Positions 38,372-47,598 of a stretch of 64,000 nt of DNA are shown piece by piece (the stretch's first letter is position 1; each line of letters starts with the position of its first letter). The position numbers were made by a program, and so were the translations under genes. Below the pieces are notes generated by a model, which saw nothing but the letters and a program-made list of their open reading frames with translations, was not told the origin of the DNA and made no database searches. This stretch comes from an uncultured Bacteroidaceae bacterium. GTDB lineage: Bacteria; Bacteroidota; Bacteroidia; Bacteroidales; GCA-2748055. The DNA is taken from contig CAZIFQ010000003.1 of NCBI GenBank assembly GCA_964538375.1, forward strand, positions 130,439 through 194,438, read 5' to 3'.

Positions 38372-40675
38372 TTACTGCTTCAATACAAGAATAAAATCAC
38401 TTCCAGGTTCATTATCTCCAAACTCTCCAAACCTTGGCTGGGGATTCACTTTTTCTACAAATTGAAGAATCTCGGAGGTAGTAAGCACACCATCCTCCCC
38501 TCCATACAATCGAAGTGATTCAATAAATCGCCTGGCGAAAGGACTGTGGAAACCAGGCCGGCCATCAGGAACATATTCCTTGCCTCCCGAGGTCAGGTAC
38601 AACCTGGTGGTATACTTGAGTTTCCTCTGCACAAATTCATCGGTTGATATTTCGGCATACATCCCTGCTCCCCTGTGCGATGCAGTAGCAAGGTGTGGAT
38701 CAAATGTTCCTCCAAAACAAACATCCATAACCAGGAAAATATGAGGACAACGGATATTGTTAATCATGGTTCTCAAAATAGAATGTGAGAGGTAACTGGT
38801 CTTACCCAGGTCATCCATCTTCGAGTCACGGGAAATTACATACCCCTCCCTGAATACTTCATCATAGATGCCATGACCTGCAAAAAATACCATGAGGTTA
38901 TCTTTTGTGCCATATAGTTTCCCTGCATACTCTCTCAACTTGGCCGCTGTTTCCTCCAGGGTTGGATTAACCACCACCTCTGATACAACACCATAATTCT
39001 CTTCCAACTCAGCACCAATGGTCTGCGCATCAAGCATGGGGTTTACCAAATCACCAAAATAGTCGTAAATATTGGTGGCAAACAATATGGCGTATGTCGT
39101 TCCATTGATTGTATCCGGAACTACTTCTTCACCCCTGGATGCAGTTTCGGACTCCCGTTGCTGTTTTCCATTTTCAATCTGCTGAAACGGATTCTCTATT
39201 GGTATAACATCAAATTCTTTGTTGCTTCCCGGAAGAACGAGAATGAAGTCCAGGTACAAAAAACTTTCCTTATCATTTTCATGAACCCTGGTGGCTTTTA
39301 CATAGGCCTTTTGCCAATTCTTTTTAAGCAGTTTTGCCTCTGGAACAGGTATTTGCACCCCTGCTTCTGATTCCATGATCCTTATCTTATAAATCTCCCT
39401 GTCTGCATTATATCCCACAAGTGACTGAAGAGGTATTTTTATAGTATTGCCTTTGCTACTCACTCCATAAAGGTTTTCCATTTCTTCTTGAAGAATTTTC
39501 AGGGTATGGTCCGAAAGATTCTCCATTCTGAAATTATAGTCTATAGTTTTTTCGAACTCATCCCTGGGAGCAATCATTGATGTATTGGTAGAACCGATAA
39601 TTTTCCTGGTCACCCCGGGTGTCATCGACCTGCGCTGTGCGATAGATAAATCTCCAATTAGCCAACTAGATACTAGCGCTTTATCAGACGGCAAGACATT
39701 TTCAATTTCCCAAATAATGATTTTCTGATCTGACCCAAAAGTGCATAGAAATTTCCCGTCTTCACTAAAGGTACAGCCAAAAAGGTTGTCATAATGTCTG
39801 AATATGGCATCCACCTGCACTAAGCTATCTTCTCCAACAGAAAATATCCTGACATCCCGGTAATTCGGTATGGCCAGGAATTTCCCTCCCGGGCTATAGC
39901 TCATTGGATGTCCCACACTAGCATGCTTATAAATTGAATCAGTTAATACAAATTTGTTTCGTTGCAGTTTATACCTGCGAAGGCCATACGAAGAACCGGT
40001 AATAAACTCATCATTTTTCGGACTATACACAACTGATTCAACAGCGTGCTTACGATATTGCATTTTTTGGAAAATCTCAAATCTATCCCCTTTCTTCTCC
40101 AAAATCTTTATGATCCCCCTATCATCACCTGTCACCAGGAAGCGATCATCATGACTGAATGCAACTCCTTCCACAAAATTATCAAAGCCCTCAACAATCT
40201 GCTGATAATCAAAGACATCTCCATTCCTCTTCCATACAATTAGCGTTTTGTCTGAGGACCCGGATGCCAGGAAATTTCCATCGTGGCTGAATTCAAGCTT
40301 AGAAATATAGTAAGTATGTCTTTCAAGAACCTGTACCACTTTCTGATCCGACAATCGAATAATGGCTATGTCGTTGTTTCCTTTGTAGCGACCGTAAGCC
40401 AGGTATTTTTCGTCAGGAGAAAAGGCAAAAACGCCTCCAACAGACTTTGGATCTCCCTGGTATTCAAACAGTTTTTCCCAATTCCTGTTAAAGATTCGTA
40501 CCGTATTGTTGCCAATCGAATAAACGAAATAGTTTCTGAAAGGTGAAAATTCTGCTTGCCTGACATAGTCTCCAAGATCAGTAAATTCCTTATTCTCTTT
40601 CAATCCCATTTCCTGGGCAGTAAGAGATAAGCCAAACAGGAGCATTGCTGAAAAACAAAGTATTATTCGTTTCAT
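38372..40675 (-). CDS. Secreted WD40-repeat + caspase-family (peptidase C14) protein
   Basis: Signal peptide; WD40 repeats (FSHDGNFLASGSSDKTLIVW, FSEDGKFLCTFGSDQKIIIW); C14 dyad FFAGHG and VMDVCFGG; HSPFA. Confidence 0.88.
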   Translation of the reverse strand: MKRIILCFSAMLLFGLSLTAQEMGLKENKEFTDLGDYVRQAEFSPFRNYFVYSIGNNTVRIFNRNWEKLFEYQGDPKSVGGVFAFSPDEKYLAYGRYKGNNDIAIIRLSDQKVVQVLERHTYYISKLEFSHDGNFLASGSSDKTLIVWKRNGDVFDYQQIVEGFDNFVEGVAFSHDDRFLVTGDDRGIIKILEKKGDRFEIFQKMQYRKHAVESVVYSPKNDEFITGSSYGLRRYKLQRNKFVLTDSIYKHASVGHPMSYSPGGKFLAIPNYRDVRIFSVGEDSLVQVDAIFRHYDNLFGCTFSEDGKFLCTFGSDQKIIIWEIENVLPSDKALVSSWLIGDLSIAQRRSMTPGVTRKIIGSTNTSMIAPRDEFEKTIDYNFRMENLSDHTLKILQEEMENLYGVSSKGNTIKIPLQSLVGYNADREIYKIRIMESEAGVQIPVPEAKLLKKNWQKAYVKATRVHENDKESFLYLDFILVLPGSNKEFDVIPIENPFQQIENGKQQRESETASRGEEVVPDTINGTTYAILFATNIYDYFGDLVNPMLDAQTIGAELEENYGVVSEVVVNPTLEETAAKLREYAGKLYGTKDNLMVFFAGHGIYDEVFREGYVISRDSKMDDLGKTSYLSHSILRTMINNIRCPHIFLVMDVCFGGTFDPHLATASHRGAGMYAEISTDEFVQRKLKYTTRLYLTSGGKEYVPDGRPGFHSPFARRFIESLRLYGGEDGVLTTSEILQFVEKVNPQPRFGEFGDNEPGSDFILVLKQ

Positions 40676-41130
40676 AAAAATAAAATCAATGTTTACTTAA
40701 TACCTTAAAGATACTGATAGATTTTATGTAAAAGCAAATCAATGTTGATTGGCTTTAAAGCAAAATCAACAAATTAAGCATCCTGGATCATTCTACTTAT
40801 CTTTACTTCTGGTGCTTTGTTGCAGGGAACTGAGCACAGCAATAGGCATTTATATAACACATTTAGCTTACATTTATATTTATAATATATTTATGCTATT
40901 GTTATATATATAACTTTAATTATTTATATATACTTAATATAATTTCTTTATATTATATCAATTTTAATCAGAACTCCTTGCTGCATAACACTTTTTCGTT
41001 TCTCAGTAGTATTTTGGTTTGCCGATAGACAAAAAATAATTGATATACAAAGATAAAATCAATAACTTGTGCTTAATGCAGCAGATCAACAGCACCTTGA
41101 CTCGCTCACAAAGACATCAATGATAATAGA

Positions 41131-41691
41131 ATGAACAATCAATCCATAAAAAAATTGACCGCTTTCTCTGTTCTGATTATTGGGCTATTGAATCTTGTTA
41201 CATGGATTATCCTAATTGCTTCAGGGAAGGTACCTGATTTTCAAGGCACACCTATTAGCTATACTTTGCATTGGATTTCTGAGTTTTCAACAGCTCTGCT
41301 TCTATTGCTTTCTGGCATATACATCCTAAAAAAACATCCTTTGCAGCAAAATTTATTGTATCTCTCATTGGGCTGTTTAGTCATGGCGGTGGGTAGCGCT
41401 TTTGCATATTACTTTATGAACTTTGAAACTACTCTCTTCATAATGACTGCCTCTATTACTGGTTTAACAGTAATTCTGATTATTATTAATTACCAGAAGC
41501 TTCAGGATTTTATTCTTATGACCATGGGGGTTGCGGGATACGCACTGCTAAATTTATTAGGTGATTCACTGCAGGCCAAAGATATCTCTTCCCTGATCCT
41601 GGAGATTCCTGCGCTTCTTTTCTTATTAATTCTTACCATTGGAATATTAAGAAAAAACATGACTTTCAGGCACCTTACCGGGGAGAAGTAG
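41131..41691 (+). CDS. Hypothetical membrane protein
   Basis: 186 aa, about 6 TM helices, no motif recognised. Confidence 0.65.
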   Translation: MNNQSIKKLTAFSVLIIGLLNLVTWIILIASGKVPDFQGTPISYTLHWISEFSTALLLLLSGIYILKKHPLQQNLLYLSLGCLVMAVGSAFAYYFMNFETTLFIMTASITGLTVILIIINYQKLQDFILMTMGVAGYALLNLLGDSLQAKDISSLILEIPALLFLLILTIGILRKNMTFRHLTGEK

Positions 41692-41817
41692 ATCCATTTG
41701 CGACAAGTTAAAACAATGATAAAGCAGCAAAATATAAATACTTTTTATCCCGATATCCTCTAAGCTCATCGGGACCAAGCAACTAAAATTGCTTGACATT
41801 TAACAAAAAAAAACGTT

Positions 41818-42786
41818 ATGAAACAGCTAAAGATTTATCTCCTTTTCTTAACAGGAATACTTCTCTTTTCTTGCGATGGATCCGATGATGATCCGATTTA
41901 CAAAGAACGTATGCGCGAATTTGTTCAGGGAATCAGCACTTATGCAAAAAACATGGATCCCAATTTTATCATCATCCCTCAAAACGGTCATGATCTTGCC
42001 TCCGCAACAGGCGATGGTGATGACCCCACCCCTGCTACTGAATATCTTGCTTCCATTGATGGTGCAGGACAAGAAGATTTGAATTATGGATATAACAGTG
42101 ATGACAAAGAAACACCGGAAAGCACAAATGAATTTCTGATGGCTTTTCTAACTATTTGTGAAGACAATGATGTGGAGGTGTTGGTCACCGATTATTGCAG
42201 CTCTCATGACAACATGGACGATTCATATCATGTAAACAACAGCAATGGTTTTATCTCCTTCGCTGCCCCGGATCGTGAATTAAGTATTATTCCAGATTAC
42301 CCGGCAACCATTTACAATACCAATGAAACTAATATTACGAAGCTATCGGAAGCAAAGAATTTTCTATACCTGCTAAATCCTGAAAATTTTGCGTCAAGCG
42401 AAGATTTTGTTACTGCCATCTCCGCCTCTGATTATGATGTACTAATAATCGATTTTTTCTTTGAAGATGAAGTCTTTACAGCCAATCAAATTAAATCTTT
42501 AAAGAAAAAATCTAACGGTGCACAACGGCTCTTAATCTCTTATATGAGTATTGGAGAAGCAGAGGATTACCGCTTTTACTGGGATTCAAGCTGGGATGAT
42601 GAGCAACCTGACTGGATTGAAGCAGAAAACCCAAGATGGCCCGGTAATTATAAAGTAAAATACTGGGATCCTGGCTGGCAATCCATTATTTACGGATCAA
42701 ACGAGTCTTATCTTGACAAAATTCTTGGTGCTGGCTTTGATGGAGTGTACCTTGATATCATTGATGCTTTCGAGTATTTTGAATGA
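41818..42786 (+). CDS. GH114/GH166-like (TM1410/MJ1477-type) polygalactosaminidase-family lipoprotein
   Basis: Lipobox LFSC; IIPQNG, IDG..QEDL, LISYMSIGEAEDYRFYW, GNYKVKYW, GFDGVYLDIID. Confidence 0.85.
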   Translation: MKQLKIYLLFLTGILLFSCDGSDDDPIYKERMREFVQGISTYAKNMDPNFIIIPQNGHDLASATGDGDDPTPATEYLASIDGAGQEDLNYGYNSDDKETPESTNEFLMAFLTICEDNDVEVLVTDYCSSHDNMDDSYHVNNSNGFISFAAPDRELSIIPDYPATIYNTNETNITKLSEAKNFLYLLNPENFASSEDFVTAISASDYDVLIIDFFFEDEVFTANQIKSLKKKSNGAQRLLISYMSIGEAEDYRFYWDSSWDDEQPDWIEAENPRWPGNYKVKYWDPGWQSIIYGSNESYLDKILGAGFDGVYLDIIDAFEYFE

Positions 42787-42828
42787 TACAATGGGGAAAT
42801 GGTTCGATGAAACATGATATTGACTTCA

Positions 42829-42859
42829 TGTAGGGGTTGAGGCATGCCTCGACCTTACA
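42829..42859. repeat. REP-like imperfect palindrome
   Basis: tgtaggggttgaggcatgcctcgaccttaca: GTAG start, GAGGCATGCCTC core. Confidence 0.7.
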
Positions 42860-42974
42860 AATTACTCTAGTCAATCAATGACAAATTATTTTAATAATTT
42901 CATTCAATCCCATACACGTCATTATGTGTTTTTTTAGTTAAATTAGTGACTTTAAGATAACAAACCCCAACAAT

Positions 42975-44750
42975 ATGGAACCTACTAGAACTTTCGATCT
43001 CCTGGAACGCTACAAACAACATTTCCCAAACAAAGAAAATGCTTTATCAGCCAAGCAAAATGGAAAATGGATTTCCTATTCGACCCAAACTTATATTGAA
43101 ACCTGCAATAATTTTGCCTACGGATTACTGGAATGCGGTATGAAGAAGGGCGATAAAATTATTACGGCAACCAGCAACAGGCCTGAATGGAACTTTGTAG
43201 ATCATGGTATGGCTATGTGTGGCATAGTTCATGTACCAGTATATACCTCCCTGAATGAGGAAGAATACAACTATATCGTGGAACATTCAGAAGCAAGAAT
43301 GGTATTTGTGGCTAACAAAAATTTGTATAACAAATTTCTTCCAGCTTGTAAAAAAGCTAAAATTGAAAAAAATATTTATTTATTCGATCCCATTGATGAT
43401 TTGCCAGGATGGAGCGAAATAGTTGAATTGGGAAAAACTAATGCAGAAAAATGGAAGGATAGATTAGAAAAAATAAAAGAGAGCATACAAGAAGATGACT
43501 TCAGTTCACTCCTCTATACTTCAGGAACCACGGGAAGATCCAAAGGAGTTATGCTGTCGCATAAAAACATGGTCAGTAATTTTATTGAAGCTGCCAAAGT
43601 ATTTCAATTAAAAGAGAATGATAAATATTTGAGCATACTTCCATTATGCCATGTGGGTGGAAGAATGGGTAACTACCAGACTCAGTATAGTGGCACAGGA
43701 GTTTACTATGCTGAGAATATGGGTGCCTTCGCAAAAGTAATGAAAGAGATTGCTGCCGACGGTTTTGATGCTGTACCACGGGTTATGGAAAAGGTATATG
43801 ATAACATTATTTCCAAAGGAAGCCAGCTTACTGGCATGAAGAAAAAAATATTCTTCTGGGCAGTGAAACTGGGATTAAAATATAAGCCCTTTGGAGAAAA
43901 TGGTTGGTTCTACGAACAAAAACTTAAGATTGCAGATAAACTAATTTTTTCAAAGTGGCGGGATGCCCTAGGAGGAAATGTAAAATTAGTTGGCTGCGGC
44001 GGTGCAGCTCTTCAGCCGCGCCTTGAAAGAATTTTTTGGGCAGCTGGTGTTAAAATCATCAATATGTACGGGCTTACAGAAACATCTCCCATTATTACCA
44101 TAAACAGGCAACAGGCACCGCATTGTAAGCTCGGAACAGTTGGAGCGCTTATTGATGGTGTGGAATTGAAAATTGCAGAAGACGGAGAGATCCTGGCACG
44201 TGGAAATTGCATTATGCTCGGGTATTATAAAGACGAAAAATTAACAAAAGAATCTATCGATAAGGAAGGTTGGTTCCATACAGGTGATATTGGTCACCTT
44301 GAAGATGGTAAGTTCCTTGCTGTCACTGACAGAAAGAAAGAGATTTTTAAATTATCCAACGGGAAATTTGTAGCTCCACAACTTATTGAAAATGCTTTCA
44401 AGGAATCTCTTTTCATTGATCAGCTCATGGTATTAGGAGAAGGCGAAAAATTTGCCAGCGCTTTAATTATTCCGGATTATGATCAATTGAAAATATGGGG
44501 AGATGAAAAAAACATTGCGTTTTCTTCCAACGAGGAACTCATCTCTATGCCTGAAGTTCAAAATCATTACAAAGAAGAAATCAATCGTTTGAATAATGCT
44601 TTTAGTGAACATGAACGTGTTAACCGTTTCAAAATCGTGAAAGAAAACTGGTCTCCGGAATCGGGAGACCTCTCTCCTACCCTGAAACTAAAAAGAAAAA
44701 TTGTAGCAGAAAGAAACAAAGAGCTGATTGATAGCATTTACGGAAATTAA
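42975..44750 (+). CDS. Long-chain fatty acyl-CoA ligase (AMP-binding)
   Basis: LLYTSGTTGRSKGVMLSH, LSILPLCH, MYGLTETSP, GWFHTGDIG, DRKKEIFKLSNGKFVAP, PTLKLKR. Confidence 0.95.
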   Translation: MEPTRTFDLLERYKQHFPNKENALSAKQNGKWISYSTQTYIETCNNFAYGLLECGMKKGDKIITATSNRPEWNFVDHGMAMCGIVHVPVYTSLNEEEYNYIVEHSEARMVFVANKNLYNKFLPACKKAKIEKNIYLFDPIDDLPGWSEIVELGKTNAEKWKDRLEKIKESIQEDDFSSLLYTSGTTGRSKGVMLSHKNMVSNFIEAAKVFQLKENDKYLSILPLCHVGGRMGNYQTQYSGTGVYYAENMGAFAKVMKEIAADGFDAVPRVMEKVYDNIISKGSQLTGMKKKIFFWAVKLGLKYKPFGENGWFYEQKLKIADKLIFSKWRDALGGNVKLVGCGGAALQPRLERIFWAAGVKIINMYGLTETSPIITINRQQAPHCKLGTVGALIDGVELKIAEDGEILARGNCIMLGYYKDEKLTKESIDKEGWFHTGDIGHLEDGKFLAVTDRKKEIFKLSNGKFVAPQLIENAFKESLFIDQLMVLGEGEKFASALIIPDYDQLKIWGDEKNIAFSSNEELISMPEVQNHYKEEINRLNNAFSEHERVNRFKIVKENWSPESGDLSPTLKLKRKIVAERNKELIDSIYGN

Positions 44751-44767
44751 TCTCTTAAAGCTACACA

Positions 44768-45940
44768 ATGAAAATTATTGAAGTTTTTGATCGCAGAAGC
44801 CAAAAACAGTTTCTCAATCTTCCCAAAAAATTATACAAAGATGACTCTTTCTGGGTTTGTCCAATGGACAATGAAATTGAAGCAATCTTTAACCCAAAGA
44901 AGAACGACTACTTTAATCATGGTGAAGTAACAAGGTTCTTACTTAAAGATGATAAGGGCGAATTTATTGGCAGAATCGCAGTTTTTATTGATCGAAAAGC
45001 TGCATTTGATTTTGACCAGCCAACCGGTGGAATTGGGTTCTTCGAATGTATCAATAACCAGGAGGCGGCCAACATGCTGTTTGATACGGCTAAAAAATGG
45101 CTGGCTTTCAGAAAAATTGAAGCAATGGATGGCCCCATCAATTTTGGTGAAACAGATAAATACTGGGGCTTGTTAGTTGACGGTTTTACACATCCTTCTT
45201 ATGAGATAGCATACAATTTTAAATACTACCAATCCCTGTTTGAAACCTATGGATTTCAAACCTATTACAACCAGGAAGGTTTTCACCTCGATATTACAAA
45301 ACCTCTTCCACCCAAATTTGAAAAAATTGCCAACTGGGTGGCAAATAAACCAGAATATACTTTCGAACATCTTGATTTCAAGCAGATTGACAGGCAATTA
45401 GGCGATTTTTGTACAGTATTTAATGAAGCTTGGGCAAGTTTTAAAGAGAATTTTAAGCCCCTCGAAAAAAAGTACACCATAGCAACGCTAAAAAAAGTCA
45501 GGCAAATAATTGAACCCGAATTCATATGGATCGCTTATCACGAGCAAAAGCCGATTACTATCTACCTGATGTACCCTGATGTAAACATGATCCTGAAACA
45601 TATGAACGGGAATATGCACGTATTCAACAAACTAAAATTCCTTTCGCTAAAAAATAAAAAAGCCATGACACGCGCAAGGGGTGTATTGATGGGCACTATT
45701 CCTGAATTCCAGGGAAGAGGTATTGAAGCAGCCATAATATTGCAACTGGTTAAAGTGTTCGAGAGGAAAAAACAGTATACCGAAATTGAGTTTTCATGGG
45801 TAGCTGATTTCAATCCGAAAATGAAAAAAATCTTCCTCTCAGTCGGGAACAAACATGTGAAAACATATAAGACATACAGGTATCTGTTTGACAGGAACAA
45901 ACCTTTTAAAAGGGTTCCGATACCGGAGGGGGATTACTAG
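44768..45940 (+). CDS. YghO-like GNAT-fold acyltransferase (bacterial ceramide synthase-like)
   Basis: GRIAVF, GGIGFFECINNQEAANMLF, MDGPINF, GLLVDGF, YN..YY..LFE..GF, GTIPEFQGRGIEA, EFSWV...N..M. Confidence 0.75.
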   Translation: MKIIEVFDRRSQKQFLNLPKKLYKDDSFWVCPMDNEIEAIFNPKKNDYFNHGEVTRFLLKDDKGEFIGRIAVFIDRKAAFDFDQPTGGIGFFECINNQEAANMLFDTAKKWLAFRKIEAMDGPINFGETDKYWGLLVDGFTHPSYEIAYNFKYYQSLFETYGFQTYYNQEGFHLDITKPLPPKFEKIANWVANKPEYTFEHLDFKQIDRQLGDFCTVFNEAWASFKENFKPLEKKYTIATLKKVRQIIEPEFIWIAYHEQKPITIYLMYPDVNMILKHMNGNMHVFNKLKFLSLKNKKAMTRARGVLMGTIPEFQGRGIEAAIILQLVKVFERKKQYTEIEFSWVADFNPKMKKIFLSVGNKHVKTYKTYRYLFDRNKPFKRVPIPEGDY

Positions 45941-45945
45941 GAGGA

Positions 45946-45961
45946 AGTGAACTAAAGTGAC
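45946..45961. repeat. Copy of the 9-mer microrepeat segment at 18150-18165 (inverted)
   Basis: agtgaactaaagtgac is the reverse complement of gtcactttagttcact. Confidence 0.65.
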
Positions 45962-45976
45962 TTGAGTGAGCAAAGG

Positions 45977-46012
45977 TTTGTAGAGACGCGCCACGTGGCG
46001 CGTCTCTACAAA
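45977..46012. repeat. Perfect 36-bp REP-like palindrome
   Basis: tttgtagagacgcgccac|gtggcgcgtctctacaaa, GTAG-type REP. Confidence 0.85.
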
Positions 46013-46044
46013 CTCCAACTCTACTAACTCTATTAACTCAACAC

Positions 46045-47484
46045 ATGACATACGACATTATTATCATAGGTGGCGGATTAGGTGGTTTAACAGCCGGAGC
46101 GAAATTGGCAAAGGAAGGTAAAACTGTTCTTCTGCTTGAACAGCATGATCGTCCGGGAGGATGTGCCACAACATTTAAACGCAAAGATTTTACCATGGAG
46201 GTTGGCCTTCATGAAATGGATGGATTACACCCCACCGATGGTAAACATAAGATATTTAATGAGTTGGGCGTATATGATGATGTTGAGTTTTTGCCGCTTC
46301 CTGAATTCTATCGATTTAAAAATGAACGGCTTGATTTGGTAATGCCACACAACAAGGAAAAGGCCATAGCCATATTAAATGAGAATTTCCCTGGCCAGGC
46401 AGATGGCATAGATACCTACTTTGAGAGATTGATGAATGCGCGAAGAATCAATGTTCTTGAGAGAGATAAACCTAATATCAGTGTTGGTGAATACCTGGAT
46501 TCAATTTTTACCAATGAAGAGCTAAAGCTTTTTTTACTGGGTAACCTCGGGTATTTTCATGATGATCCATATACCCTTTCACTTAGATATTTTTCTGTTG
46601 CAGAAGGAGCATATTTCCAGGGAAGAGCCAACTATATCAAGGGAGGATCTCAAAAGCTTTCAGACAAGCTAATGAACATCATCAGGCAAAATGGAGGAAA
46701 AGTATTGTTGAGTCACAAAGTAAGCTCAATATCCACCTCAGGAGATAAGGTCATTGAAATTAGTTTTAAGAATGTTCTCCCTGGAGCGCATAGTGAAATC
46801 AAAGCCACTGCAAAAGAATACATTGCTAATGCTGCGCTGGCCAATATTGCAGACATGCTTGATAAGGAACATGGTTCTGCTCTTAAGAAGCAACTTGAAA
46901 CACATGAAATTGGGGCATCGCTGTTAACAGTGTATTTCGGATTCTCCAAACCACTTAAGGAAATTGGCAATCAGTATTATTCCACTTTCGTTTATGATGA
47001 AAGCGTCAGATGCCAAAAAGATATCCTGGCTAACAATCATGGAGATTTTTCTGTCAGGAGCTACACTTTTGTAGACTATAGCCAGGTAGATGCTCAGCTC
47101 TGTCCGGCAGATAAAGGTGTAGGAGCAATATGTGCCATTGACTATACAGCTGATTGGGATGGCTTATCAAGAGAAGAATATAAGCAAAAGAAAAAAGAGG
47201 TCGGTGAAATTTTTGCTGAAAGGTTAAATAAACTAATTCCTGGCTCAAAAGAATTAATTGAACATATTGAAGTAGCTACAGCCAAAACTGTCCGTCGCTA
47301 CACTTTGAATCCACAGGGTGCCGTTTACGGTTTTGCCCAGAATCCGGGTAGGGTACCTCTGAATGGAATTGAAGGAATAGAAAATTTCCATGTTGCCTCT
47401 GCATGGGGAAAATTTGGTGGTGGATTTTCCGGAGCAATCTATAGTGGCTACATGACTGCGCTTGACATACTTAGACTAAAATAG
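46045..47484 (+). CDS. FAD-dependent oxidoreductase, phytoene desaturase/retinol saturase superfamily (COG1233-like)
   Basis: IIIGGGLGGLTAG, LEQHDRPGG, EVGLH, IKGGSQKL, TVRRYTLNPQGAVYG, GGGFSGAIYSG. Confidence 0.88.
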   Translation: MTYDIIIIGGGLGGLTAGAKLAKEGKTVLLLEQHDRPGGCATTFKRKDFTMEVGLHEMDGLHPTDGKHKIFNELGVYDDVEFLPLPEFYRFKNERLDLVMPHNKEKAIAILNENFPGQADGIDTYFERLMNARRINVLERDKPNISVGEYLDSIFTNEELKLFLLGNLGYFHDDPYTLSLRYFSVAEGAYFQGRANYIKGGSQKLSDKLMNIIRQNGGKVLLSHKVSSISTSGDKVIEISFKNVLPGAHSEIKATAKEYIANAALANIADMLDKEHGSALKKQLETHEIGASLLTVYFGFSKPLKEIGNQYYSTFVYDESVRCQKDILANNHGDFSVRSYTFVDYSQVDAQLCPADKGVGAICAIDYTADWDGLSREEYKQKKKEVGEIFAERLNKLIPGSKELIEHIEVATAKTVRRYTLNPQGAVYGFAQNPGRVPLNGIEGIENFHVASAWGKFGGGFSGAIYSGYMTALDILRLK

Positions 47485-47598
47485 TATATTTATCTATGAG
47501 GATCGAGCATTCTGCACATAAGAATTTTCCTGATTTTGTTTTACTTAGAACTTTCAAGCGAAAAGTAAGCGCTGAAGATATTATTAACTCATGTAATC

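Noticed and set aside
40948-40986. 12-aa minus-strand mini-ORF (MQQGVLIKIDII) downstream of a -7 element at 41048-41055
   Set aside because: Runs into the AT-rich tract with no recognisable homology; chance ORFs of this size are expected
42862-42875. Partial match to the tRNA-Arg 3' end (ctctagt) as a possible attR
   Set aside because: Only about 7 bp match and no integrase in the window
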